This document shows positions 11,964-25,200 of a DNA stretch of 64,000 nucleotides, one piece after another. Each line of letters starts with the position of its first letter. Positions within the stretch are counted from its first letter, which is position 1. Source of the DNA: Kondoa subrosea (taxonomy: Eukaryota). The position numbers were made by a program, and so were the translations under genes. Where the stretch lies: positions 1,144,641-1,208,640 of the forward strand of contig BCIN01000005.1 in NCBI GenBank assembly GCA_039545335.1, given 5' to 3'. Under the pieces are notes generated by a model. The model did not search any database, was not told the origin of the DNA, and worked only from the letters and a program-made list of their open reading frames with translations.

Positions 11964-14900
11964 TCACATAGTCGTACGAGGTGCTCGTCTAGGACTATTA
12001 CTCAATCCAGACTGAGCCAACTTTTTGTAGTGCTCGGCTGAGAGTCGCTCCATAGTTTTTCTGCCTAACACTACGATGACTTGACCCTTGTTCTTGCCAA
12101 GGGTGCTCTCTGCTTCATAGTCTGCGTCATAATTCAAATCGTAGGCGTACTTGGGCAAAGTTGGATCGATCCACAATTTCTGTACCTCTGCAGCTTGTTG
12201 CAAAAGTTGACGCCGAGAACTTGGGTATCGAGGCATTTCGGTGGAAGCAACAGTCTTTCTTCGATCAGTCTTGACCTTAGATGCCTGGCGATTGACAACT
12301 ACTGGTGGACCTGGTTCCGGAGTAGCGGAAGTGAGAGCCGAAGATACATTGGCAGCCGATGCGTCGGATTCAGATTCGGCTGAAGCTTCTCGTTTGACCT
12401 TTTTGGCTTTTGGTGCGGACTTTCTGCGCTTCTTCTTGGGCGGAGCTTTATCTTCTACATCATCTTCAGACTTCTTTGGTTTAGGTGCTCTCTTCTTTAC
12501 TTCCTTCTTGACTTTGGCAATGACAGGCTTGACTTCTTCCACTTGATATAAGCCCAATCTCTTTTGTTCCGCGATTCTAGCATCTTCTTCCTGCTTAGCC
12601 TTCAACGCTGCCATAGCCTCATTCAATTCCTCTTCTTCTTTGTTGCGCCATGTATCGTCTTTCTGCCAACCCTGCCACTCGCGATACTTGACCGATGCGT
12701 GGAGATTCTTGGCACTTTGTAGAATGATACGTTCAGGCTCAGGTGACAATTCTACATCATCCGCTCCCGGAGCCCGCTTGCGCTTGCTGTTCGTCCTTTG
12801 GCCAGAACCATTGAAAGCCTTTATGCGTTTGGCCTCGAGTTCTACTGCGAGAGGTTCTCCCTTGACGCGGCCGCTTCTAGTACGAGGTAAACCAGCTGGG
12901 ATTATAAACATATCGATTTCGACATTGGGAGGAAGCCAGGCCCAAGCTGAAGAAACGGAGTCAGCTGAGATCTGCTGCGAACCAAAAGCAACTTACTCTT
13001 CTTGGCTTCGGGAGGTGGTTTTGGTCTAACCCGGATCAAATTGATGGCACTTTCTTCTTCCTCTTCTTCCGAACCGCTCTCTTCATCCGATTCCATCTCA
13101 CTATCCGAAGCTGGTTCTTGAAGATCAAAGTATGGATCAGGTGCAAGATGTTTCAGAGGTTGACGGTTGGCAACGCGCTGCTTTTCAGCTTGTCGACGAG
13201 TGCGCTTGACCTTTGCGGTAGCAGATTCAAAAATTTCTAGGTCTGGTTTGACGACTGGAGCTCCACCTTCGATGGCAAAGAAGCCTTTCTGGTTTCTATT
13301 TACGTCCTCTTCAATCAGTCTGCGACATCACCAGGAGTCAAACGTACCTCTCGCAAGTAGCGCACATGCATTCCACATTCTTGTCATCAAAGTAATCTTC
13401 GCCGTAGAAGGAACAGATTTCCTATGAGAACGGATAAGATGATGGTCAAGTATGAGCACAACGGCTTACATCACCAGGCAAAATCTTCTTAATTACTTTA
13501 AAGCAAATGCTTGTGCCTTTTCGAACCATGATAACATTAGCTTCGCAATCGTGCTGAAACAGTTCATCAATTTTATTTCTTCAGAAGTAACAAGTACGCA
13601 CATTGCAGAAACGAGCAGGTCCGAGCAAAAGCTGGAAAACTTTTCTAGTAGGATTGAACAAAACGCTGAAATCGCTTTGCATGCCATTCACATCTTGACG
13701 TAGATCATCATCTTGTTGTTGAGTCAAGTCTGCCAAAGTACCCTTCAAGTTTGGAATAACTTCTCCCACAGCGAAAGATCGAGTTGCTTTGATTGCTAGA
13801 TCGAGTAAAGGGGAATCGTTTTCGAATTTGGCAGCAAGGAGAGCTCGTTTGCTTTCAGAGTCCGATCCAGAATCGGAAAGTTCAGAGAGATCGGAATCAG
13901 CTACAGACACATTGGTGCACACTTTGGTCAGCGGCGCCAAAAGAGTTGCAGCAATGCCGGCTTCAGAATCCAGAGTTTGATTTGGGTTGATGTCTTCCAT
14001 AGTGACATCTTCCTGCAGGACGACTGGAACCGAAGATACAACATCCTTCTTTTCCGTGATTGGCGCGACCGACGGAACTTCATCGGAAGCCAAAGTTGAA
14101 GGAGCTCCAACGCTGAAATCAGATGGTTGCAAACCAAGGTCACTCGCATCAGGCGAATTGATCGAGGTCGAGGTTGATGCTGCTAGAAGCGTTCCTTCTT
14201 TCGATGCTGATGCAGAAAGATTGCTTGTCGACGCTTGAGCCAAACCGCCGGAGGGCTCGATGATCATCGCTCCGTTTGCAGATTCCGCTTGAGCTGATGG
14301 CTGTTTGGCGTTGTATTGACAAGTCAAAACATAATTGTATCCTCGTATCGGCAGGTAAGTTTCTAAATAACGCCGTAAATGACTACAAGCAAGGGTCAGC
14401 CCGAGTAGCGCACAAAAGAGGAAGGATTACGTCTCGAAAGCTTGAAGCTGTTTTGGTTCTTGTCGACCTTCCATATGTTCTTTGTAAACAGGTAATCTGT
14501 TCTACATTATCAGTGCCATCCGGAGATAGGGGAAGAATAATTTACTCTTTGAAGGTAGCGACTGCTTTGTCCATAGCAATCTTCCTCTTGTTTGGTCGAG
14601 CATTTTGTTTGCGCGTCAGCTATCCCTGAGATTGAGCCGATAATTTGTGTCACCAGAAAGCAAACGTACATCACGAAGGATAGCGAAGATAGGAGCCATG
14701 TCGATCACCTAATTGTTGAGCTATGTGAGCAGACTTTCTATGCCAAATCAGCTGAACTTACGACCCGCTGATAATCGAGATTGATCTTTCGAGTTCTCTT
14801 TTCGCCTTTGGGGAAACGTATACGATCAAGAAGAATATCGCTGTGCCGCACAATCAGACAGAACAACGCGTATATATGAAAGGCATACCTCAAAAGATCA

Positions 14901-15148
14901 TCGTCTGAGGACGCTTCGGGCATAGTAGAAGTAGTGGTAGCAGCTCGAACATTCGCAGCAGGTGTCGTTTCGCGACCTTCTTCGATCAAAGCAGCTTGCT
15001 CCGGCTTGACAGACCCAGCCTTTTGAGCGTTAACTGAAGTTTCCGTTTCGGTGTTATCTGGCTCTTGCATGGGAGCTGCCGCTGGCGCAGTGGCCTCATT
15101 AGGCTCAGCTGAAGGTGGTGCGGTGGCTTCAGACATCTCCGTGTCCAT
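11964..15148 (-). CDS. SET9: Histone H4K20 methyltransferase (Set9/Suv4-20 family)
   Basis: DDDL-SDILLD N-terminal motif, the SET core SDFSVLF...LLLGPARFCNHDCEAN and the post-SET YGEDYFDDKNVECMCATCE, followed by a long basic low-complexity C-terminus. Confidence 0.88.
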
Positions 15149-15470
15149 GGGCCTGCATCAATCGGCGAAAATATATAAGTTCGAGTATTCAAGGCAAGTA
15201 CAAGCGATGGCCTAACACTTCAGGAGCCTTAGATGTGGGCTCAATGTCAGCCATCAGACTGTCCAAGCTGGAATCTGAAGAGCGAAAAGGAAGGTTTGGG
15301 ACAAGAGTCAGGCAGGGACCGCAGGGTGTTGTTTTGAAGTCGCGCGCCGGTATAAGGCCACCGTCAAAATCAAGGAAATGGCTACAATGCAAGCGAAGGA
15401 AGTACAGAAGAGTACAACAACATCCTGTGGTAGCACAACTATTACATTTAGAACGCGTTTGGCAAGATCT

Positions 15471-18163
15471 TCAATAGATCTTGGTGATGACTCCAACTGT
15501 CTCTCGAAAATCAGCGGCAAGAAGCAGAGCAGAGAAGAAGAACAGCTTACGGCCTTTTGTCTTGCCTTCGCGGAAAAGCTATGCCGAAAACTTCAGAATG
15601 AGGTCGCCGCGGAAGGGAAAGGACTTACAATCTTCTGGCCCTCCCGAACTGCTTCAGGCTGACTGATGAACTCGAAGAGCACAGAAGCCTTGTCTCCTGT
15701 ACGCAAGACTTTCTTGTCCAGGATCTGTCGGTTATGAGAGGCACTTCAGCGAAAATTATCGCAAAAAGCCAAACATTTACCGACCTCAACGATGCGTACT
15801 GTCTGCCGTATTGCTGAAACATGAAGCATAGATTGGTAACTGCATTGCTATGAGCGAAGATCTTCTTGATAGGTTCAGGACTCACTTGCTAGCAATGGTA
15901 GTATCTGATTGAAAAGAAGATGAGCTTGATTATAACTATGATGCAGGACATACTGTGATAAAGCACCAGGATAGTCGCTTCGAATCTCTTGACGGATTTA
16001 GGAGTTGGTCCATTTAGACCAACCAGAAGCATTCCTTTACGAATATTGCTTCTTTTGATTCGTTTCAAGGCGAAAGAAACAGATTGACCCGCTTCGGCAT
16101 GATTGACTGGTACTCGTTTGCGGTGGATGCTCTTGACTTGAGTTGGGATCCATTGACCGACACTATCCGGGCCGAGAAGAACGCTGAAAACATCATGAGT
16201 CAACAATCACGAAGCAAGCAACGCGATACTCACTTATCACCGATCTTTACTTGCCCAGCTTCGACAACACCGGAAAGTACAGCACCAACAAATGGTACAG
16301 AAAAGCATTCGGATCTAGAGTATTGTGATCACGGTCCACGCAATTTGCGAATAGTGACACAACCTACACCGAGAACTGTTGCCAAAGTATGGGCATTCAG
16401 GGTGCAGCGAAAGACCATAATTCGACTGACCTCGAAATTTTGTCCTTCAATCATATATCGCTCTTCACCAGGTGCAGGCAAGCAATTCAAGAAGCAGCGC
16501 AACTCATCCAATCCTCGACCTTCAACGTTGCTCACTTCGAAGATCGGAGCCAATCGAGCGTCTTTATGTACGAAGTTCTGCGCAAGTTCGACTGCCATGC
16601 CGCAATCTTTGACGTAAACTGGATTCTTCCGGCAACCTAAAGTGAAGCAATCAGTCAAGTTGCGAGTTGAATATAATTAACATGCCTGGTGATTTGAGTA
16701 TCTTTACTAATTGCTTTCTCGTCTGATATTGGATATTAAGAGGAGTCATGTCTATACGAGAATCAGCGCCGTTGAGAATGATCGATGCGGAGCAATGAGA
16801 ACAAACCAGTCTTGGTAATGACGCATATTACTGGAACAGATAAAGCTAGAGCGACAGCGAGATGTTCCTATGTACTTTTGATTACACTACGCGGAAAGAA
16901 GCTGAAGTTCAGCGTACTTTCGACATGCCAATCCTATGCCTCAGATCAGTAGTGCTACTATTGCTTTCGGACGTATGACTTACAGACCAGCATTAGAACC
17001 GATAACGAGTATGACATAGTCGACAGCATGTCCCGTTAAGCCAAAGATAGTGGTTTTGAGGTATTTCTCTGCGTTACATTTGTAAGCACAGCCATTACGA
17101 GAATGAAAGATAGACTGACCATGTCCAGCTAAATCGATGAAAGAAGCAATCTTGGCTGCTCGGGCCGATATTTGCTCCCAAGAGATCTGCTGCCGCCTAT
17201 TCCCATATATACGCTTTAGTTCGATGGAAGAGCTTTCAGCAGAAGTTGCGCACCTGATACCATGCTCGTGATTCGTTAGATCGGGAATGACTATCCTGCT
17301 CGAGGCATCGAAGCCAACGATCTCTAAGCCAACAGAAGATGTTCGTCCTGTCTCGATCTCATGTTGATGCCTATAGCAAAGAAGGCGGGCTCTCAATGGT
17401 TGAGACAATGAACAGACTTCCGAGGCCTACCTGAAGAGTGCTACTCTGGCTCTCCCTCGACCATCATCCAGATGACCTCTTACAAGAACGCCCAAGAGGG
17501 TAGATTTGCCTGAGTCGACATTTCCAGTCACGGCGACTCTGATCTGCAATGGAAGGGGATCAGAATGCATCATATGATTGAAGAAGGAGGAGAGGACACC
17601 TCTTGAGCATCCGAAGCATCCTGAGGTACTGATCGAACGAAGATTCGCAATCCTTTAGCTGACCATTGCTGATCTACAGCTTCTTCATTCCTTTGAGCAT
17701 CGTCGTCTGGCGTTTGACCAGGTTTGAGAGGTATTGCAGGTATTCGATGATGTATAAGAGGAGAATAGACTAAACCAGCTTGAGCTCCGATCTCATTCGC
17801 TGCTGAATTCAGAGTATGTATGATCTGATCTGTCTGTGCTTGTGTCAACTGCCAGGCTTCGTTTGCAAGAACATGATCTTCAGGATCGAAGAGAGATTCC
17901 CATTGATCTGCAGCTAGATTCCCAGGATAAGATAGTCGCAAGAGGAGTTCGGTCTTGCGATTCAAACGAGTCTGGAAATGAGCGACAATTGAAGAAATGG
18001 TCTGTTCTCGAGGTTCCGTCAAGCGAGTGAGCAGGTTACGGGTATCGCTAGGATCTGCTTCGACCACTTTAGGAAGGGCAACGTTCAGTTTCGATATCAA
18101 AGGCAATTGCTCCTTCCTGGCTTGCTTCTCGACTTCCTCTTTGAAGCTGAGGAAGCTAGTCAT
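15471..18163 (-). CDS. Translational GTPase GTPBP1/GTPBP2-like
   Basis: [80 protein letters not shown] and [16 protein letters not shown]. Confidence 0.92.
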
Positions 18164-18374
18164 CTTGCTGCTATTGATTGCAGTGCAGTAGAGCCAATTC
18201 TGATGAGATCGTGGTCGATATCAAGGAGTGCGGGGTAATTAAAGGCAGCTACTCGAATTGACTTGATAGGCAAGAGCGCGTAGGACGAAGAGATCGAGCA
18301 GAAAGCGAAAGACAAAGAACGATGCAAAGCCAACCGAAAAACGAATTACACAATCGAGTCACTCGCATTCTGAC

Positions 18375-20356
18375 TCACTTTCTACCACGTCTTCCACGCC
18401 CTCTACCTCTACCTCTAAAGCCACCTCTAAAAGACTTGCCACCACCTCCTCTGCCCGATCTAGCTTGCATAGTAGGAGGTGCGATCTACTCTTTGAAATC
18501 AGCCTCATCAATTCGATTGAGGAAGTGTTCTTACGTGGAATCCCCATTGACCATCAGGCCCGTCTTCTTCTTCCTCATCATCATCTTCGTCTCTGGTGCT
18601 AGCAGAGCCAAACCCAGCTAATCGTTTGACTATTCATCTCGCACTCATCAGTTTCTCGTTTGCGTTTCCGACGATGTGCAAACTGACAGAAATCCTGTTC
18701 TTTCTTGCCTACAGCATTCAAGAATCCAGGTCCTTTCAATTCCTCTCCATCAAACTCCGCAAACTCATCTTCTTCCTCTTCCTCATCATCAACAACAGCC
18801 AGTTGTTTCTTTTTCCTTCTCGAAGGAGGTGAACCAACAGCATCTAGATCAATCACTTCTATTTCCTTTCTTTTGCCTTTAGCTTTCAAAGTTGGAGCGG
18901 GTTTAGAAATGTCAATATCTGAATCCAATCCATTGTCTTCGGGGTCAGAGAAAGCTAATTGAGCTAGTAGAGCATTCTCCCTTTCTTGTTCTTGAGCAGT
19001 CGTCATCTTGTTTTTACCTTTCTCTTTTGACGATTTGGAAGTCGATTTGGAGGACGAAGCAGACTTGTTAGAAGTAGACTTGGAAGATTTAGCACCTTGT
19101 GGAGCACCGAAAGATAGAGTTGTTTGAGTACTTTTCAAACCGGAAGAAGGCGCTTTGACTGGAGATTTCTTGCTCGATGTACCTGCAGCGGCTTTGACGG
19201 TAGAAGATTTAGTAGTGGTTGCTTTAGCAGTAAATTTAAAAGAAGTGGCCTCTGATTCAGGTACGGGAGCAGGTGAGAACCACTTTGAAGTGGTTGGAAA
19301 GTCTTGTTTCGGTAGAATAGGTTTCGCTTTAGGTGGAAGAACAGCTTTCTGAATGCTTATCTTGGAAGAAGTAGACGCTACTGCTGGCAATTCTTTGGGC
19401 TGGAAGTTGGACTTGCGTTTCGGAGGTACCTCGACTTTAGCTTTAATCTCTTTAGCTTGAGAAACAGGTTTGACAGGTTGGTCTACAATCTTATACGGAG
19501 CTGGATTTCCGAATTGAGGCAGAGCAGGCGGCGAGGTGGCTTTTGTTTCATTCGCTGAACACGACGAAGATCGAGCTGTAGCATGTGAAGAAGGTGTGCT
19601 AAAGCCTTTGGCTGAATCACTGTGATTCTTGTCTTCAACTCGAGTTACTTGTGGCATTTCAGGTAAAGGAGAGGGAAGTTCAATCGGCGGAGAGGAAGGT
19701 TTGATCGGGCTGTAGTAAAGAGGAGGAGGTAATTCATCGTTGCCGTAATCTGGAGAAGTAGGTTTGACGAACACAGCAGCAAGCTTCTTTTCAGCTGGAG
19801 TTGACTTGGTAGAGAAAGAAGCCAATTGCGGTGCCTTCACAATGGAGCGAGCTTTAGGCTTGTGTCCTAGGTTCTTGCGAATGCCCAATATAGCTTCAGG
19901 TAAAATGTTGTCTTTCGGTGTAGGGTCATTACGACGAGATACATCTGCAGAACATGATCAGTGGCAGCAAAACACGGGCAGGAAGAGCTCACCTTCTGCC
20001 TTCCTTGCAAGAACAGGCGGTTCAGCTATCTCCTCATCTGCAGAGCTCGCCAGCTCGTCAATCTCTTCGTCCTCATCTCGGGACATCGAAGTCACAACAG
20101 AGAGCCCTTTCTTGATTCTGGCTTCGCGAGCCAGATCTTCCAAAGAGAAGGAAACCTCAGGTTGACTATCAGGCAGAGCATTGTTTTCCAGCATTTCGAA
20201 GCCAAGGTCACTGCTGCTACTTTGTGGTGCCAGCTCTACTCTGCGCTTCTTCTTCTTTGGGCCCTGCTCTTCATTTAGCATATCTTTCATTGAGATCTTG
20301 TGCTTCGAACGGTTGCCCAAATCAAAGAATCCATCGTCGCCTTGGCTGGAGACCAT
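18375..20356 (-). CDS. Hypothetical low-complexity (P/S/K-rich) nuclear protein with C-terminal RGG tail
   Basis: Long ORFs 19958-20368 and 18599-19888 with intron signals. It has an NLS-like PKKKKRR and ends ...GRGGGKSFRGGFRGRGRGRGRRGRK*. Confidence 0.7.
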
Positions 20357-20717
20357 ATTTGCTCTCACACAGCTTCCACAGAGCCCTCCGTACTTCCTTC
20401 AGGCCAGTTTGGACAACTTTGGTTCGAGGGCAAGAAATAACAAACCTCGCGTTTGGTAAGACACGACCGAATCGACCTTTCTAAGAAGTCTCACGTGCAA
20501 CAGACCGTCAGCTACAGCCTACGAACTCGTATTGGGCATTACAAACGCGAGAACAGCAATAGTCTAGCTTGGACCAACGCATACATATCTCTATACTGGC
20601 CTATAACAGCACTGCTCGTAATCTGGCTTGATCGGTTCTCTCGTAGTCTCTCGTGGATCTGCTCTATTACTCATCTTGCCCTCGTCTACCTGGATTTGAG
20701 CGAGGCCGTGCGTCAGA

Positions 20718-22020
20718 ATGCCTTCTTCCCCTTATCTAGATGAGCAGGTATGTCAGGCCGCTCACGGAATGCAGCCGATACCTGATATGATAGAGCACCA
20801 GGAACTGGTAGAGACTTATGTATGTCGGAATGCGAAATCAGGACTTGGCATGAGCTCACGGATTAGGGGTAGGACTATCTTCTCAAGGTTATAATCATTG
20901 GTGAATCAGGAACAGTGAGTCATCGTCGCTTCGAAAGCCATGTTTGCTAACAACCGCTTTACAAGGGAAAGACGTAAGCTCCATGAAGCTTTCGGCTATT
21001 TAATGTTTCTGACTGTATTGTAGATGCCTGCTGCATCATTTCCTTGTTAGTTTTTTATGCATCTGCCCTATCAGTAGCTCATCGGGTGCTTGCTCTCAGT
21101 CGCAAGACTTCAACGCAAATGCACCGCATACAATCGGTGTTGCTTTTTCTTCCACTATATTACGACTCCCTTCTTCTTTACCTCCTCCGTCAACAAGGCG
21201 GCAACGTGCATCTTCTTTGGCCTCTCCGCCGACAAAAACACTTAAGCTACAGTGAGAACAGATTTCCGAATATACGTCGGGCGATATTTCAAGTCTGTGT
21301 TGTTTCTCACAGATGCTGGGATACAGCTGGTCAAGAACGGTTCCGAGCGGTAAGCGATCGTCCATGGAGCGCCATCAATGCTGATCTGAAGTAGGTGACG
21401 CGGAATTATTATCGAAGCGCAATAGGAGCAGTCTGTTGCAACTTCCATACTCTATCCGCTCTACTGACTGAGATACAGCTAATATGCTACGATATCACAA
21501 GAAGAAGCACTTTCGATACTCTTTCGCAATGGGTGGCCGATGCACGAGCTTTAGGTTCACCTGATCTAGTGGCTATATTAGTCGGCAACATGCTCGATAA
21601 AGAAGAGCAAAGGGAAGTCTCTTGGGAAGAGGCTGAACTGTTCAGTAAACAAAACAATTTGATGTTTGTGTGCGTTTCTGGATCTCAATTTGTCTATCAG
21701 ACATATTGACATGACCGGATCGGACAGAGAATGCTCTTCGCTTACTGGAGAGAACATTAGTCAACCTTTTCATCTGGTAGGATTGAATTCTGCGAGGATA
21801 ATCGAGCTAAAAAATCGCGCGCTGATAGGTCGCAAGAACGATATTGACGGCTCTGGAGAACGGCTCGATAGATCCCGATAGAACCGGAGGGGTGTCATAT
21901 GGAGAACGAACGCTCAAGCGCGTCAGCAGTGAGTATTGGCATCAATACCCTTGACACTTTACGTAATAATTGTTTTCAGGTTGGCATAACTCTAAGCCCA
22001 AATCCAATGGCTGCTGCTAG
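20718..22020 (+). CDS. Rab GTPase, Rab4/Ypt4-like
   Basis: DYLLKVIIIGESGT-GKT-CLLHHF, WDTAGQERFRA-VTRNYYRSA, LGSPDLVAILVGN and GGVSYGER, with a C-terminal CC prenylation motif (KSNGCC*). Many short exons. Confidence 0.88.
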
Positions 22021-22203
22021 CTAGAGAGCCCGAGTTCGTTGTATATGTAGTGTTCTGTAGAGTGTACAGCAATAATACTTAATTCTTCCATCCTCTCCTC
22101 GCGGCGTTTTCTTTTGATCAGAACGTGACATCCAGCTTCTTCTCTCTCTATAACATGCCTCGCTCGCAATGCTGCCCTTCGCTGACAACCATACATTCAT
22201 GTC

Positions 22204-25200
22204 ATGCGGGCCAGCAGGGCTTTGCTGCAAAAGAGAGGTCGCTCGACATCAGAACCTCATGCTGGACGAAGTCAAAAAGGACACAAAGTATATATATCGG
22301 AAGAGCTCCCATTGGATCTAGCAAAGAGAGCTTTACGGACTGCGAGCAAATTGTACGAATTGGACAAGCAGGTTGCAACAGAAGATCATCAGCCAATCAA
22401 GCGAACTTTTCATGATTTGTCGACTGATCAAGAGAATCTGAACGCGTCTCAGACTGCTCCGCAAGAGCCTGGTCATGTGGTCGATGAGGAAGACCACCTC
22501 TCGAGAAGCTCTTCGTCTAGAAGAGAAGCTAGTAATGCTTCAAGCGGTACAGCTGAAGTTCTGCATGTGCTGCCGACTCCTCAGCATGTATACTATCTGC
22601 TGCGAGCATTATGTGGCCTTGAGCTGGGTGAGTGACAGAACCCAGATCCGAACGAGCGGCTCATCTTCACGTAGAACGGGAATTCGAGCGTCTCTATCGA
22701 CTGTCAAATTTAGATGAGAGTGAAGATTTCAGCAGCTCTCTTGACTATACGCACGAGTCAAGTAGATTAACAGAAGAGATCTCAGACGAAAGTATAGAGG
22801 CGAAAGATACACCTTTGATCTCTCATTTGCTCCGACATCTTGTACGTGTCCCAGTCCAGTCCGCTGCTGACAGCGCTAATATCATCTGAAGATGCGATTA
22901 CCGCTTGTCCGCGAGGCTGGAGCACATCAAACCAGAAACTCGCCGTTCGAACCTGATACAAGAGGAAGTAAGTCTGTCTTGGGTCATAGCACTGTCCTGA
23001 TCTCATAGCTCGATAGTGAATTTATTCTGGCACGGTGGTCTTAATCCTCTGCTGCGAAGTATACATGCTCTGGATCTGTCAAAGTCGATTGATCATGGCG
23101 ATCAATTTGTCGAACCTGGCAATAGCATCAGAGGCGCGTTCGAGCGCTATTTCGCCAATGTTTTCGACTTCAGTACTTCACAAGAAAGTACTTTTGTCAA
23201 TTCTTCTCGGCTCGAATCGACCCTTGTCAATTCAAGTGGTCAAGCAGGCGATCAATCTTATTATCTCCCTCCCCAGAACCCGCTTCGGCTCTCAACGCAA
23301 ACACATGCTCCCTTCTCTGACTACGGACCAAATATGCCTCCTTTGCGAAAAGTTGAGTCACCTCGACATGCTGTGGTTCACCCGAAGGCTCTGCAAGTAC
23401 CCGTAGTCCAAACTATTCAGATCAGAGAATACGATTCCTCAAGCGATAGACATACTATAATCAGCTTCGACACTGTGTCCAGTCCACCTATAACGCCTGT
23501 CAAAGAGAGACTCAGCATTGCTGACCGATATTTGGAAGATGCAGTAGAAGCGGAAATCATGCTCGAATCAGCTTCTGAAGGTTCACATACGCGAACGCAG
23601 TCTGCTTCTTCCAATCATACTCTCACATTACCTGCAAATGAGGGCGAAGAGAAGCAGGCTATTGTGGAAGCGACTCACGCAGAAGAAGGCGAAGTTACCG
23701 TCATCATATCAAATATCGATACCTCCGAGACAACACCCCAGTCCAACAGAGCTGTTAGTCCATTTGCTGCCTGGGAAACGCCTCCGAATGCGGACAACTC
23801 GAAATTCGCCAGACCTCGTACTTCTTCAGATGTTCAAGGTTACGATATTCCTGACCCTTTTGCAAGAGAAGAAGTCGATCTGAGGAAGTCTCATAGCTTC
23901 TCAAATACTTTCCCTAGAATAGAAGTTAACACACCGATTGCCGAAAGATTCTCTGTCGACATGGACCACAGTCATCCCACAATCAGATCCTCATATACTG
24001 AAGTCTTTCCATCTCAAGATCTACTCCCACCTTCGCCGGAACGAACACCGCGAAAGAAGCGGAAGTCTTTCTTCTCTTTCTCCCTCAGCAAGAAGCCTTC
24101 GAAGCAAGACCTCAAAGCCAGTATTTCTGGACCAACACTGCGAGCTCATAGATCTCGATCCTTGGCAGATCTGACAGTCGAGTACATGCGGTCCGAAGCC
24201 TCCGTCGCTACTTCGCATGTTGCATCAATCGCCAGTGTTCGCTCAGCACCTAGAATCATGGCTTTAGAAATGCCACAATGTCCAACTGTCCCGCAAACGA
24301 GAGCGCCAGAAGCACAACAATCTAGTTTTTCTCAAACCACAGCATCGCTTGAAGATCCTCAAATATTACCTAAAAGTCCAGCACCGTACAAATGGGGCGA
24401 TCCAGTCCGATTTTATCAACCTCTTGATGTTGGTCAACTGAAACATGGAGGTTTTGAATCGGATCTTATTTCAACTCGTGTTGGTTCTGTCAATCACAGT
24501 TTTATTATCCGAATCAGGCGACCGAATAGACTTGACGAATATGTGAGGGCGAGAGATAAGTAATCAGTATACGTTGATGTAAATTCTTTCTCCGTCACAG
24601 GTATTGCGAACGGAGCAAGAGTTTGCGAAATATCGAGAAAAGGTGCGTGATTTCAATGTCGTGAACCCATATTCTTACAGACAACTCAATGCAGATGGCG
24701 AAAGAGTACCCTCACGCTCATGTTCGATCAATTCCAGCTCGGCGTCTGAATAGACAAGAACAAGAAGGTGGAAATTCGGTTGTCAGCACGACAGAAGCGC
24801 CTGCACATCAGCTTGAACAGACTTTGAAGCGACCAAGATCATATTCCAGACTGTCCGCTCGACTTAGTGAAGCAGCCCGAGATTTAGGGGCAACCAATAA
24901 TCCAGAAACAATGACTTCAACTCGAAAGCCTGGCAGTAGAAGAGCCACTCTCACCAACACTCTACGTTCGGCCACACCTACTGATGTCCGAAGTGGAAGT
25001 TCGCTTTTCTTTGCTATCTCAGATACAGCAGACAACAGATTGCAAAAGTACGATGAACAGAGACGAGCTTTGCGATCGTGGCTCCGCGATACAGTGAGTT
25101 CGTATATTCTGCCGTATCTACTCCGCTGAAATTAGCCCAGCTATCTATACGGTCATGTGGTCACAACTCTCATACAGCTCGATTCCTCTTGACAGCGCCA

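Noticed and set aside
15115..15666. Several plus-strand ORFs of 61-120 aa
   Set aside because: They are antisense to the last GTPBP exons and the SET9 promoter, with no coding signature of their own.
22018..22024. Stop followed by CTAG (TAG CTA G) after the Rab CC motif, resembling a read-through context
   Set aside because: The established motif is UGA-CUA(G). The extension (LESPSSLYM) carries no targeting signal and would only mask prenylation.
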